A stretch of 64,000 bases of DNA, from assembly GCA_051892935.1 (NCBI GenBank), contig JBJFGS010000010.1, forward strand, positions 4,820 to 68,819, read 5' to 3'. The notes beneath the pieces are model-generated. The model made no database searches. It was not told the DNA's origin and saw only the letters and a list, made by a program, of their open reading frames with translations. The position numbers and the translations under genes are program-made. Below are positions 36,376 through 46,169 of this stretch, piece after piece. The DNA is from Candidatus Coprovivens sp. GTDB taxonomy: Bacteria; Bacillota_I; Bacilli_A; RF39; UBA660. Numbering within the stretch: position 1 is the first letter of the stretch; each line of letters starts with the position of its first letter.

Positions 36376-39300
36376 TTATATTTTTTTCATTCTAGGTTTA
36401 TATTTTTTTATTAATACTACTGATGTAGATGTTAGTATAAATAAGCCACTTATGGTAAATATTGCTATTATTGATGATGTGTCTGGGTTTTCTAGAGATA
36501 TTTCTATAAAAGAAACTTCAACTATGGTATCCTCTGTTACATGTTTTAATGGTTCTATTACCATTTGTTTTTTATCTGTTACTTTGTAATTTATGTTATT
36601 GATTTTTATTGTATCTATTATGTATCCATCTTCAGCAGATATTTTAATTGTGTTTGGTGTTGAATCATCACCATAGTAAAGTGTTTCATCTCCAATAATT
36701 GTACCTCCACCATTACTTACTACTTTAGTAGTTATATTTAAAGTTATTCTCTTATATTCGTATATAATTTCTTGTGTTTCTTCTGTATATGTGTAATTTT
36801 TATTTGTTGGTTCTTTAACAGCAATATATCCATTTTTATTTAAACTTGAACTTATATACTTATCACCAACTAGACCATTAGATATTGTGTCATTATTAAT
36901 TTTTTCTGTTGTATTTTCTAAATAGTGATGAACTATTATTTGTCCTGCTATTTTAATGTAAGTTACTTTTTGAGCTGTAGCAGTTCTTTCTTTATTATCG
37001 AGTTTTATTGTACTAGTTACTTCTGTAGCCATTGTCCTTGAAAGTGGATTTATATCTTCATAAACAATTTTTAAATTTTTTTCCTCACTAATTGTTTGAG
37101 TCGTTAAATCAGCATCAAGATTTGCTTTATTACTTATCCAAGTAATTGTTTTTTGGTCTTGGTTATAAATTCCTCCATCAAGTGATGATTTCGATTCATC
37201 TATAGAATACGGAAGACTCATTATTATTGTACTTGTAACGCTTGAAGAATAATAAGTTATTTTATTTTCGTAGTTTATTTTATAATTTACTTCTTCATCT
37301 TTTTTCTTTATTTCTTCTGGTCCATTTAAAGATATTGTTGTTTGAATTTGGCTATCTTTCTTTTGGTAATAATAAATTACTTCAATATTACTGTCATTTA
37401 CTATTCCTATATAATTATCTGTTTTTTGGTATAATTCATAATTATCAGGAATTTTTATTGATTCAGATGTTTCATAGTTTTCGCCAAAATTCTTTTGGAT
37501 AGTTTCTTGTGGTGCTATAACGTTATTTGTATTGTACTCAAGATATTTTGTGATTATTGTAGAGGTTTTTAGTTTGTAATAATATGTTACTACAACATTT
37601 CCCTTTATTGTTCCTGAACTATTTGAAGGAATTATTGATACTTCATAGTTAGAAGAAATATTAGTTGATGGAGAGGTTTTATATTCTTCACCCCAATAAA
37701 CTAATTTGTTTTCAGTGGCTGCTATTTCTGTTGTTGCTCCTTCAATATAATGTTGAATTGTTAGAGTAGCACTTTTTAATTTGTAGTAATAAATTACTAC
37801 TGTTGAACCTTGGATTGTACCTGTTGCATTTGTAGGTGTACTTACTAGTTCATAGTTTTCACTTATATCAGTAGATGGAGAGGTTTTATATGTATCTCCC
37901 CAATGGACTATTGTTATTTCTGATGGAGATAGTTCTGTAGTAGTCCCCTCGATATAGTGATGTACTATCAATGATGTTTCTTTTAAATTATAATAATAAT
38001 TTACTATGGTATCACCTTTTATTGTTCCACTAGCATTTGCGGGAGTTTTTGATAGTTCATAATTTATAGATATATCTGTTGCTGGTGATGTTGTATATAC
38101 ATCTCCCCAATGAACATTTTTTATAATTGTTTCAGACAATTCAACTTTTGTATTTTCTACATAGTGATGAATTGTTAAGGTAGCACTTTTTAATTTATAG
38201 TAATATGTTACTACTATATCTCCTTTTATTGTTCCTGTTGCATTACTTGGAGTGCTTACTAGTTCGTAGTTTTCATTTATATCTTTTGCAACTTCAGTTG
38301 TATATGCATCGCCCCAATGAACATTTTCTGTTGTAGTTTTTGATAACTCTGTAGTTGTTCCTTCGATATAGTGATGAACTGTTAAGGTAGCACTTTTTAG
38401 TTTATAGTAATATGTTACTACTATATCTCCTTTTATTGTTCCACTGGCATTTGTTGGTGTTCCCACTAGTTCGTAGTTTTCATTTATATCTTTTGCAACT
38501 TCAGTTGTATATGTATCTCCCCAATGAACATTTTCTGTTGTAGTTTTTGATAATTCTGTAGTTGTTCCTTCTATATAGTGATGTACTGTTAAAGTAGCAC
38601 TCTTTAGTTTGTAATAATATGTTACTACTGTGTCTCCTTTTATTGTTCCTGTTGCATTACTTGGAGTGCTTACTAGTTCGTAGTTTTCATTTATATCTTT
38701 TGCAACTTCAGTTGTATATGCATCGCCCCAATGAACATTTTCTGTTGTAGTTTTTGATAACTCTGTAGTTGTTCCTTCGATATAGTGATGAACTGTTAAG
38801 GTAGCACTTTTTAGTTTATAGTAATATGTTACTACTATATCTCCTTTTATTGTTCCTGTTGCATTACTTGGAGTGCTTACTAGTTCGTAGTTTTCATTTA
38901 TATCTGATGCAACTTCAGTTGTATATGTATCTCCCCAATGAACGTTTTCTGTTGTAGTTTCTGATAATTCTGTAGTAGTCCCCTCGATATAGTGATTAGT
39001 TGTTAATATTGCATCTTTTAATTTAATAACAGCATTAATATCACTTACTATTTCTTCTTCAGTAGTAGGAGAATTATTATGTTCTGTTATTAAAGATGTT
39101 TTTCCAGTTGTATCAGCTTTATTACTTCCTGTTAAAGATATTTCATAATCTTCTGGTATTTCAAATTTAATATAATAATTTCCCTTACTTATTTTTTCAA
39201 ATTTATAACTATTATTATTTGTTGTTGTAGTATCAACTAATTGATCATTTTCATCATATAAATTAACTGTTATAGTTGAGGGCATTCTGGTATTTTCATC

Positions 39301-42300
39301 AAAAGGAATAATACTTCCTTCAATAATACGATTTACAATAGTTGTTGATAAACTACTATTTTTTAGTATAGTTGTAGTACTATTACTAGTTAGATATGAA
39401 TTATAAGCAATAATGTCTTTAATTTCAGTATTTGAAGTATCTAATGTATATGAGTACTCAGTACTAGTATATGAATTTATAGATTCTATTTGTATTATAA
39501 GTATTGTTGCATTATTAGGAATGTTATTAGTGTCTAATATTTCAGTCCAATTTCCATCAGTTAGGTCAATATCTTGAGCTGAGTATTTATTGTCTTTTAT
39601 AGTTAAGTTTAAATCATTAAGAGATTTTGTTGTATAGTATACCTTTTGATTAGTATTTAAACTAATATTTTTTATTATATAGTTTCCTTTTATTTGACTA
39701 TTTAATATATTATCTTTAGGTAATATTTCAAGGATTCTTACCTTGTTTAATACAGAACTACTACTATTTCCTATTGTAGTAGTTATAGTTACATCTTCAC
39801 CAATGTCTATTACTTTTTTATCGACAATTTTAGATAGTTGACTTCCTGATAAATTTATTACTTTTATAGTAGATGTTGAACTACGATATGAATATTCATC
39901 TCGTAAATCACCATCTGTAAATATGACTGCTTTAGTTGTATATAATTGATTATTAATAGTATCAGATGATATTTCAGCATTAAATGTTATTTTCTCATAA
40001 TCCGGTGGAGAGCTATTAGTTGTCCAATCTTGATATAACCAAGTAACTATTGTTGTTCCATCTTCATTTATAGTTATGCTTTCAGGTTCTTTATTTGAAC
40101 TATTTTCGACATATGATAATCCTTTAGGTAAAGTTACATGTACAAATACTTCATCTACTATGTGGTTATTAGTGCTTTCCATTGTAGGAGTTACTTCATA
40201 GTTTACAATACTATCTTGAATATCATATGTTGTTTTTTCTTCATTATTTTCAATACTTTTTATTGAAATGCTACTTTGTTCTCCAGTTATTAAAATTGTT
40301 TTACCTATACCCCAATCATTTTCGTTACTTGTAATTTGTCCTAGCTCGTTGTATTTTGTTGGAATATAGTTCGACGTTCTAAAGTTATTTTTTTTAGTCC
40401 TTTCAGCATCTTCATAAGCATATACTTTAACTCTAAATGAGGCGGTTTTACCTATGTTTTCTTCTTTATCTAAAATTTTAAAATAATTATAGTATTTTCT
40501 ATTTGCATCATTTCCTACCATATCAGGATCATCGTAGAAAACAGCTGTTACTGTACCATTGGCAGATGCTTCATCGTATGTATCATACCATGTGAAGCTA
40601 GAGTAATATGAACTATTTAATTCTTGATATGATGTTAGACCACTAGTTGGATTAGCTGTATATATACCATAAGATACTGTTATATTTTCTTTTGAAGGTA
40701 ATTCTCCATTACCATAGGTATATACTGAATACCATGTTGTTCCAATTGATCTAATACCAATTTTATCTGCTTCCCATACTAGTAATACAGTTTGTCCACC
40801 TTCAAAATCGCCATCAATTAAACCATGTATGTTTGCTATATTAAAATATTGACCAATTTCTCTTGATGCATCTCCGTAATTGTTATCCTTTGTACCTAAG
40901 ATATTCCATTTTGTATCATAAGCCCATAACCCATAAGAATAGTTTCCACTTAAATAATTTTCAAATGATAAATTGTAATAATTATCTGATGAATCTGTAT
41001 CATTTATTGAATTTTCACCACTATCGATACTATAATTAGTTCCATCAAGAACTTGGTAACTTGCACTTTCAGCAGTTATATATAAATGATAATCATTTCT
41101 TTGAGTTTGATCGCCATAAAACGGAATGAATAATTCTACATTTCCAGCTAAAAAATAATAGTTATCAGGATTGAATGAATCAGTACTTGCATCATTTGAT
41201 GGTGTTGAAGGAAAAGTATTCCCAACTTTAAAATTATTGAAAGTTACATTTAAAATATTATTATTTAGTGAAGCAGTTATGGTACCTGAATCTACTACAC
41301 TGTTTTTTTCTGTTCCTAAGTCTAGTCTTCCATATGGAAGTCTATGGACTGTTGCGGTATCTTTGATGTTAGGATAATGGTTTTCATTTAACTCACCATT
41401 GATGCTATAAGCTTGAATCATAGTTCCGTTTAATATATCAATAGCATCTTCTGTTTCGGCAGTAATAGTCCCGCTTGTTCCATTTTCTATATTATATCTA
41501 TATTCTATTCCTAAGTTTACACTAAATGTTTCTGATGGATATTCTACTCCTCGTAAATCGGGCATTCCATCTAATTTAGTAAGAGCTACTCCTATTGGAA
41601 CGTTTTTATAACGTCCTTGAACATCTTGACCATTTATTGTCTTTGTACTCTTTTTTAATGTCCCATATTCAGGTTGTAAAACAATATTGTAAGATGGTGT
41701 ACCACTTATTATAAATGGATTTTGGGAATCTTTTATTTTCATACTATCAATTGATGATGATGTATTATCTGGTGAATTTCCTTCCATCCATACTTCAAAT
41801 TCTGGTAACATCGTTTGATCTACTGCTACTTTATGCCCTCCAACTAATACTGTAAATGATAATTCTTGAGTGGCATTTGTAATGTCAATTGTTGAAGGGG
41901 CATAGTATTCGGCTGTTATAATGGTTTTGTCTTCATTGTATTCTATATTATTCATCCAGGCATCTTCTACCCAAGTCAAGTTAATAAGATTTCCTTGATT
42001 TGGTAGTGTAGCTTTAACTTTAATTACTCCACCTGTTAAACCATTAGTTTCTTCTACTTTATTATCAGTATTATTTGGTGATATTGCAACTTCTAATTTA
42101 TATTTTACTTTATCAGATGTTCTAACATAATCATCTGAAGCTGAAATATCATTTCCATTTGTATCTGATGCTGGTGATTCATTAAATGGAACTGTTCCCG
42201 TTTCTCTTTGAACAATTTTGATTTCAGATATCATCATTTTGTTATATAATTCTTGACGATCACTACTTAGTTTTAAGTAATTGATGGTATTTTCAAATAT

Positions 42301-42402
42301 ATTGTTTATTTTTTCTTTATTAAGTATTACTATTGAACTAGTAAAAATTATTAACCCTATTAATATAATTATTTTTTTATTCATCTTTTTCACTAACATC
42401 AC
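36376..42402 (-). CDS. giant surface adhesin with MucBP-like repeats, a Cna-B/SdrD-B-like domain and a C-terminal sorting-signal-like tail
   Basis: About 2000 aa. N-terminal anchor or signal KKIIILIGLIIFTSSIVIL. Cna-B-like TVNLYDENDQLVDTTTTNNNSYKFEKISKGNYYIKFEIPEDYE. Nine HHYIEG...YYYK repeats. Tail NPDTS + hydrophobic segment + KKYKPRMKK. Start uncertain (42402, 42399 or 42384). Confidence 0.85.
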   Translation of the reverse strand: MMLVKKMNKKIIILIGLIIFTSSIVILNKEKINNIFENTINYLKLSSDRQELYNKMMISEIKIVQRETGTVPFNESPASDTNGNDISASDDYVRTSDKVKYKLEVAISPNNTDNKVEETNGLTGGVIKVKATLPNQGNLINLTWVEDAWMNNIEYNEDKTIITAEYYAPSTIDITNATQELSFTVLVGGHKVAVDQTMLPEFEVWMEGNSPDNTSSSIDSMKIKDSQNPFIISGTPSYNIVLQPEYGTLKKSTKTINGQDVQGRYKNVPIGVALTKLDGMPDLRGVEYPSETFSVNLGIEYRYNIENGTSGTITAETEDAIDILNGTMIQAYSINGELNENHYPNIKDTATVHRLPYGRLDLGTEKNSVVDSGTITASLNNNILNVTFNNFKVGNTFPSTPSNDASTDSFNPDNYYFLAGNVELFIPFYGDQTQRNDYHLYITAESASYQVLDGTNYSIDSGENSINDTDSSDNYYNLSFENYLSGNYSYGLWAYDTKWNILGTKDNNYGDASREIGQYFNIANIHGLIDGDFEGGQTVLLVWEADKIGIRSIGTTWYSVYTYGNGELPSKENITVSYGIYTANPTSGLTSYQELNSSYYSSFTWYDTYDEASANGTVTAVFYDDPDMVGNDANRKYYNYFKILDKEENIGKTASFRVKVYAYEDAERTKKNNFRTSNYIPTKYNELGQITSNENDWGIGKTILITGEQSSISIKSIENNEEKTTYDIQDSIVNYEVTPTMESTNNHIVDEVFVHVTLPKGLSYVENSSNKEPESITINEDGTTIVTWLYQDWTTNSSPPDYEKITFNAEISSDTINNQLYTTKAVIFTDGDLRDEYSYRSSTSTIKVINLSGSQLSKIVDKKVIDIGEDVTITTTIGNSSSSVLNKVRILEILPKDNILNSQIKGNYIIKNISLNTNQKVYYTTKSLNDLNLTIKDNKYSAQDIDLTDGNWTEILDTNNIPNNATILIIQIESINSYTSTEYSYTLDTSNTEIKDIIAYNSYLTSNSTTTILKNSSLSTTIVNRIIEGSIIPFDENTRMPSTITVNLYDENDQLVDTTTTNNNSYKFEKISKGNYYIKFEIPEDYEISLTGSNKADTTGKTSLITEHNNSPTTEEEIVSDINAVIKLKDAILTTNHYIEGTTTELSETTTENVHWGDTYTTEVASDINENYELVSTPSNATGTIKGDIVVTYYYKLKSATLTVHHYIEGTTTELSKTTTENVHWGDAYTTEVAKDINENYELVSTPSNATGTIKGDTVVTYYYKLKSATLTVHHYIEGTTTELSKTTTENVHWGDTYTTEVAKDINENYELVGTPTNASGTIKGDIVVTYYYKLKSATLTVHHYIEGTTTELSKTTTENVHWGDAYTTEVAKDINENYELVSTPSNATGTIKGDIVVTYYYKLKSATLTIHHYVENTKVELSETIIKNVHWGDVYTTSPATDISINYELSKTPANASGTIKGDTIVNYYYNLKETSLIVHHYIEGTTTELSPSEITIVHWGDTYKTSPSTDISENYELVSTPTNATGTIQGSTVVIYYYKLKSATLTIQHYIEGATTEIAATENKLVYWGEEYKTSPSTNISSNYEVSIIPSNSSGTIKGNVVVTYYYKLKTSTIITKYLEYNTNNVIAPQETIQKNFGENYETSESIKIPDNYELYQKTDNYIGIVNDSNIEVIYYYQKKDSQIQTTISLNGPEEIKKKDEEVNYKINYENKITYYSSSVTSTIIMSLPYSIDESKSSLDGGIYNQDQKTITWISNKANLDADLTTQTISEEKNLKIVYEDINPLSRTMATEVTSTIKLDNKERTATAQKVTYIKIAGQIIVHHYLENTTEKINNDTISNGLVGDKYISSSLNKNGYIAVKEPTNKNYTYTEETQEIIYEYKRITLNITTKVVSNGGGTIIGDETLYYGDDSTPNTIKISAEDGYIIDTIKINNINYKVTDKKQMVIEPLKHVTEDTIVEVSFIEISLENPDTSSIIAIFTISGLFILTSTSVVLIKKYKPRMKKI
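37359..39015. repeat. eight tandem 207-bp (69-aa) coding repeats inside the adhesin gene
   Basis: 38227-38442 is base-for-base identical to 38641-38856 (offset 414 bp, two units). Flanking units are progressively diverged. A ninth isolated copy lies at ~36745-36960. Confidence 0.9.
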
Positions 42403-42416
42403 TTCTATTCTTTTTT

Positions 42417-42445
42417 ATTATATCATCTGAATATACCTATTTCAA
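42417..42445 (-). promoter_or_regulatory. sigmaA-type promoter of the adhesin gene
   Basis: TTGAAA, 17 nt, TATAAT. Confidence 0.65.
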
Positions 42446-42476
42446 TAAAGCAGTAATTGATGTAGAAACAATAAAA

Positions 42477-42496
42477 ATGTAGTTTCGTAACTACAT
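42477..42496. terminator. isolated hairpin upstream of the adhesin promoter
   Basis: atgtagtt-tcgt-aactacat with A5 on one side and TTTC on the other. No gene ends here on either strand. Confidence 0.3.
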
Positions 42497-42656
42497 TTTC
42501 TATACATACTAACACTACCCTATTTTAAGTTATTTTAATATAGCAATATTATACTATATTAAAAAATAATCATCAAAGTAATTTTTAAATGATTCTTTTA
42601 TTGAGAATATGTTTATTTTGTAGTAATATTAAATGTAGAGGATAAGGAAGATATAA

Positions 42657-43688
42657 ATGAATAAACAATATATTACGATAATCTTATTATTATTTATTTG
42701 TGCTATTCTTAGTTTTTCGTTAATATCTAAAGATAGTAGTTCTGTTTCGCTTGAATGTGATGGAGATAGAGCTGCTAATTATGTCGTAACTGATTTTGAC
42801 GAATTAAACTATAAGGATTTTTTTGATGTTTCTGATTTTGGAGAAAATAGTTTAAGTAATATAGATATAGCTTCTAAATCATATACTAATAATTCAATTA
42901 CTGTTTTAGATAGTAGTTTCAAAATAAGTGATGAATTAGTAAATAATATAAATAATACTATAAATAGTTATGGAGCTAGTAGTTCTTTTTATATAGTTAG
43001 TTTAGATGATGGTATGAGTATTGGTTATAATATAGATAAAAAGTTTGAGACAGCAAGCTCGATAAAAGCTCCTTACGCTTTATATATCTATAAGGAAATA
43101 GATGCTGGCAATATTGATCCTAATCAACAAATTATTTATCAAGAAAAATATTATAATAAAGGTACTGGTGTGATTAAAAAATCAGATTTTGGTACTTCTT
43201 ATACGGTAAGAGATTTAGTTTATTATTCTTTATTTGAATCTGATAATATTGCTCATACTATGTTACATAGAACTTTTGGTGTAAAAGGATATAATAATAT
43301 GTTAAAAAATCTGGGGACTAAACAACTTTATTTAACTGCTGGTAATCCTTGGGGATATACTTCAGCCCGTAGTGCTGCTTTAGTTTGGCAAGAAATCTAT
43401 AATTTTTCAATTACTAGTGATGAGGGAATTACTTTTTTAAATATTTTATCTAATGGCAAATATAATTATTTTAAAGAAGTAATGCCTTCTATCCCTAGCG
43501 CTAGTAAAACAGGATTTGCTAGTAAGGATGTTGTTGAAACCGGTATTGTTTTTGGAGAACATCCTTATATTGCCATAGCTATTGCCAATAAGGGTGGAAA
43601 TATAGGAGCTTATACACAAGTACTAAAATTGGTTAGTCATATGAATGATATTATGAATGAATATGATAATTATTTGAAAGCAAAATAA
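42657..43688 (+). CDS. membrane-anchored class-A beta-lactamase-like serine hydrolase
   Basis: SxxK (ASSIKAP), SDN (ESDNIAH), KTG (SKTGFA). N-terminal TM. Confidence 0.75.
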   Translation: MNKQYITIILLLFICAILSFSLISKDSSSVSLECDGDRAANYVVTDFDELNYKDFFDVSDFGENSLSNIDIASKSYTNNSITVLDSSFKISDELVNNINNTINSYGASSSFYIVSLDDGMSIGYNIDKKFETASSIKAPYALYIYKEIDAGNIDPNQQIIYQEKYYNKGTGVIKKSDFGTSYTVRDLVYYSLFESDNIAHTMLHRTFGVKGYNNMLKNLGTKQLYLTAGNPWGYTSARSAALVWQEIYNFSITSDEGITFLNILSNGKYNYFKEVMPSIPSASKTGFASKDVVETGIVFGEHPYIAIAIANKGGNIGAYTQVLKLVSHMNDIMNEYDNYLKAK

Positions 43689-43709
43689 AGACTTCATTTT
43701 ATGAAGTCT

Positions 43710-44225
43710 TTATTTTATGAAACCATTTACAACTACTTTTGACTCGTTAACTACTATAAAGGCATTTTTATCAATATGTCTTAAAATACGTTTTAAATCA
43801 CCTAAATGACGACTATTTAGAGTTATAAAAAGAATTTTGCTGTTTTCTTCTGATAGATTGTTTATTGTATCGACAACTGAAACACCAAAACCTTCTAATC
43901 TAATTTTTTCAATATTTTCAGGAGTAGCTTTTGTCGTTATAACTTCAACGCTTATTAAGCTGTTTACGAATTTGTTTGATATAAATGATCCTAGCATAGT
44001 ACCTGTAGCATAGCCTCCGGCATAAGCAACAGCTATCCATATACTATTAACTCCTGTATTTAAAGCTTCTCTTGCTATTATAAACCAGATAAATACTTCA
44101 AAGAAAGCAATAATTCCCGCTGTTTTAGTTTTTCCTTTGACAGTATGAATCATTCTTATCGTTCCTAGTGTTACATCAATTATTCTTGCACAAAATATTT
44201 TTACGCATAGTAAGAATAATGTCAT
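43710..44225 (-). CDS. UPF0316 family membrane protein (DUF5698 + DUF2179)
   Basis: KIFCARIIDVTLGTIRMIHTVKGKT...IAFFEVFIWFI, and the C-terminal small domain. Confidence 0.75.
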   Translation of the reverse strand: MTLFLLCVKIFCARIIDVTLGTIRMIHTVKGKTKTAGIIAFFEVFIWFIIAREALNTGVNSIWIAVAYAGGYATGTMLGSFISNKFVNSLISVEVITTKATPENIEKIRLEGFGVSVVDTINNLSEENSKILFITLNSRHLGDLKRILRHIDKNAFIVVNESKVVVNGFIK

Positions 44226-44500
44226 TATTTACTCGCTCCTTTTATTATTGCTATTAATATTATTAGCAATAAAACTCCTATTATAAGAACTATTATGTTA
44301 CCAATTTTTTTATCGCTATTATAATTATCATTATTGGAAGCACTTTTATAAAATGCAGTATCTTTATTACGATATTGATTCCAACGTGGATCAAGCATTT
44401 CGCGCATTTCTTTTTGTTGAGAAATAGGAATCATTCTTCCGCATCCAGGGCATGCTCCACCTTTTGTTGGAAGGGCATGTCCACAATATTTACAGTTCAT
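44225..44500 (-). CDS. zinc-ribbon membrane protein
   Basis: MNCKYCGHALPTKGGACPGCG, and C-terminal TM IIVLIIGVLLLIILIAII. ATG 44500 behind AGGTGA. Stop overlaps the next ATG (TAATG). Confidence 0.65.
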   Translation of the reverse strand: MNCKYCGHALPTKGGACPGCGRMIPISQQKEMREMLDPRWNQYRNKDTAFYKSASNNDNYNSDKKIGNIIVLIIGVLLLIILIAIIKGASK

Positions 44501-44547
44501 ATATATCACCTAGAATAATTTTAACATAAAAAAAAGATTAGTGAATA

Positions 44548-45069
44548 CTAATCTTCAAAATCTTCGATGAACGTTTCACTTTTATGTGGCTCATTACATA
44601 GTAGATTGTTGTAGTTTTGTTGACGTAGGGCTTCATAAACCATTATTGCAACTGTATTTGATAAATTTAATGAACGAACCTTGTCCGTCATAGGCATTCT
44701 CATACAGTTTTCGATATGAGGTTTTAGTATATTGCGGGGAATTCCAGTTGATTCTTTACCAAATACAAAATAGATGTTTTCTTTTGAATCGCTATAATCA
44801 AATGAAGTATGTGGTTTGTGACCATATCTTGTTAGGAAGTAAAATACTCCATTATCTTTATTCTTTTCGTAAAAATCATCCCAATTTTTATATACTGTAT
44901 ATTCACAATTATCGATATAATTTACACCACTTCTTCTTATATATTTTTCTTCTAATGAGAAACCTAGTGGTTCTATTAAATGTAATTTTGTATTTGTTGC
45001 AACACAAGTACGCATTATATTTCCAGTATTACCTGGTATTTCTGGTTCAAATAAAACAACATTTATCAT
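44548..45069 (-). CDS. trmL: tRNA (cytidine/uridine(34)-2'-O)-methyltransferase TrmL (SpoU family)
   Basis: INVVLFEPEIPGNTGNIMRTC...FGKESTGIP...SLNLSNTVAIMVYEALRQ. Confidence 0.88.
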   Translation of the reverse strand: MINVVLFEPEIPGNTGNIMRTCVATNTKLHLIEPLGFSLEEKYIRRSGVNYIDNCEYTVYKNWDDFYEKNKDNGVFYFLTRYGHKPHTSFDYSDSKENIYFVFGKESTGIPRNILKPHIENCMRMPMTDKVRSLNLSNTVAIMVYEALRQQNYNNLLCNEPHKSETFIEDFED

Positions 45070-45084
45070 ATATATTCCTCCTAA

Positions 45085-45107
45085 ACAAAAAGACCATATT
45101 GGTCTTA
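45085..45107 (-). terminator. intrinsic terminator
   Basis: aagacca-ata-tggtctt followed by TTTGTTT on the minus strand. Overlaps the stop of 45105..45650. Confidence 0.55.
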
Positions 45108-45650
45108 TTCTTTTGCTACTCTATTTGATTCTAATAACTTTTCAAAATCACCAACATTCATTATATTATCATCAAGTCTTTCTATAATGTCAACCACTTT
45201 TCCATCGTTATAATAAATAATTGTTGGAACTTTTTTTACTTTTTTGTTTTCAAGATTTAAAGCTTTATTGATTTGATCAATATAATCTTCTTCATCTTTT
45301 ATATTAGATACATTTAGAAAATACATTGAGTCATTTAACGAGTAATCGTTAATCACTTTCTTTAAGTCTTTTTCCATATTATAAATTTCTTCAGAACCAG
45401 TGTAACTGATATACAAATAATAATTATCTGGTGCTTCTGAGAATACATCATTTACTTCATTTAATCCTTTTATTTCATTAGAAATAATTTTTTCTTTTAC
45501 TAAATATGATGTTGATACTTTGCTTTCTTTTAAAACTTTGTACCATTCAAATCCATATAGAGTTAAAAGAATCATTACGACAACTATAACAACAGCTAGA
45601 ACATAATTTTTAATTGGTATAAAACGTTCATTCTTTTTTACATTAGTCAT
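45105..45650 (-). CDS. membrane-anchored thioredoxin-fold protein lacking CxxC
   Basis: TM VLAVVIVVVMILLTLYGF. C-terminus ...YLYISYTGSEE...VPTIIYYNDGKVVDIIER. No cysteines at the active-site position. Confidence 0.6.
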   Translation of the reverse strand: MTNVKKNERFIPIKNYVLAVVIVVVMILLTLYGFEWYKVLKESKVSTSYLVKEKIISNEIKGLNEVNDVFSEAPDNYYLYISYTGSEEIYNMEKDLKKVINDYSLNDSMYFLNVSNIKDEEDYIDQINKALNLENKKVKKVPTIIYYNDGKVVDIIERLDDNIMNVGDFEKLLESNRVAKE

Positions 45651-45773
45651 AGCATCATACCCTTTCTATATCTATATTTTAACATATATTACTATTTTAT
45701 GCAAAAGCTATTTAGGATATTTGCCTATATCTTACTAATAATGTTTACATATTATATATCGGAGGTATTAAAT

Positions 45774-46169
45774 ATGTTTTTTGATGATATAATATTTGAT
45801 TTTAAAAATACTGATAATGTTGATTTATTTAGTTATGAAGATGGTTTTATGTATGGAAATATGTTTAAAAATGAATACGATTCGTATAAAAACTATAAAG
45901 TTGCTAGATTAGAAAGTAATACTGATAAGGGAGATTTACTTTTAAAGATATATCAATATGATTTTGCTTTAAATGATTTGTCTTTGTATTTGGATTTACA
46001 TCCAGATGATAAAGCTGTATATGAGTTGTTTAAAAAGTACACAGATAAACAAAATGAATATGTTAGTTTATATGTTAAAAAGTATGGTCCTATGGAGTTA
46101 GATGATTCACCATATAGTAGTTATATGTGGGATGAGGGGCCATGGCCTTTTATAGGAGGTGTATTTTAA
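45774..46169 (+). CDS. cotJB: spore coat protein CotJB with a CotJA-like N-terminal motif
   Basis: GGAGG RBS at 45761. LLLKIYQYDFALNDLSLYLDLHPDDKAVYELF...KKYGPM...WDEGPWPF (CotJB). N-terminal DGFMYGNMFKNEYDSYKNY resembles the CotJA GT(L/I)(W/F)P.LY.PY motif. Confidence 0.8.
   Translation: MFFDDIIFDFKNTDNVDLFSYEDGFMYGNMFKNEYDSYKNYKVARLESNTDKGDLLLKIYQYDFALNDLSLYLDLHPDDKAVYELFKKYTDKQNEYVSLYVKKYGPMELDDSPYSSYMWDEGPWPFIGGVF

Noticed and set aside
37359-39015. Regularly spaced repeats as a possible CRISPR array
   Set aside because: The 207-bp units are contiguous with no unique spacers. They are in frame and encode MucBP-like domains of the adhesin. No cas genes are present in the window.
42477-42496. 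Hairpin upstream of the adhesin promoter as a riboswitch or sRNA
   Set aside because: It is a simple 8-bp stem with no flanking conserved-looking structure, and it lies upstream of the predicted promoter rather than in the leader. It is kept only as a low-confidence feature.
45699-45773. 25-codon N-terminal extension of the CotJB ORF
   Set aside because: It is hydrophobic nonsense with no RBS. A GGAGG sits 8 nt upstream of ATG 45774.
45651-45773. Sporulation-sigma (SigE/SigK/SigG) promoters upstream of cotJB, dac and spoVAC
   Set aside because: I looked for kmATAtt-14-CATAcAnT and gnATAa-17/18-CATnnTA patterns. Only weak partial matches exist (for example CATATTAT before cotJB), and in sequence this AT-rich they are not distinguishable from chance.
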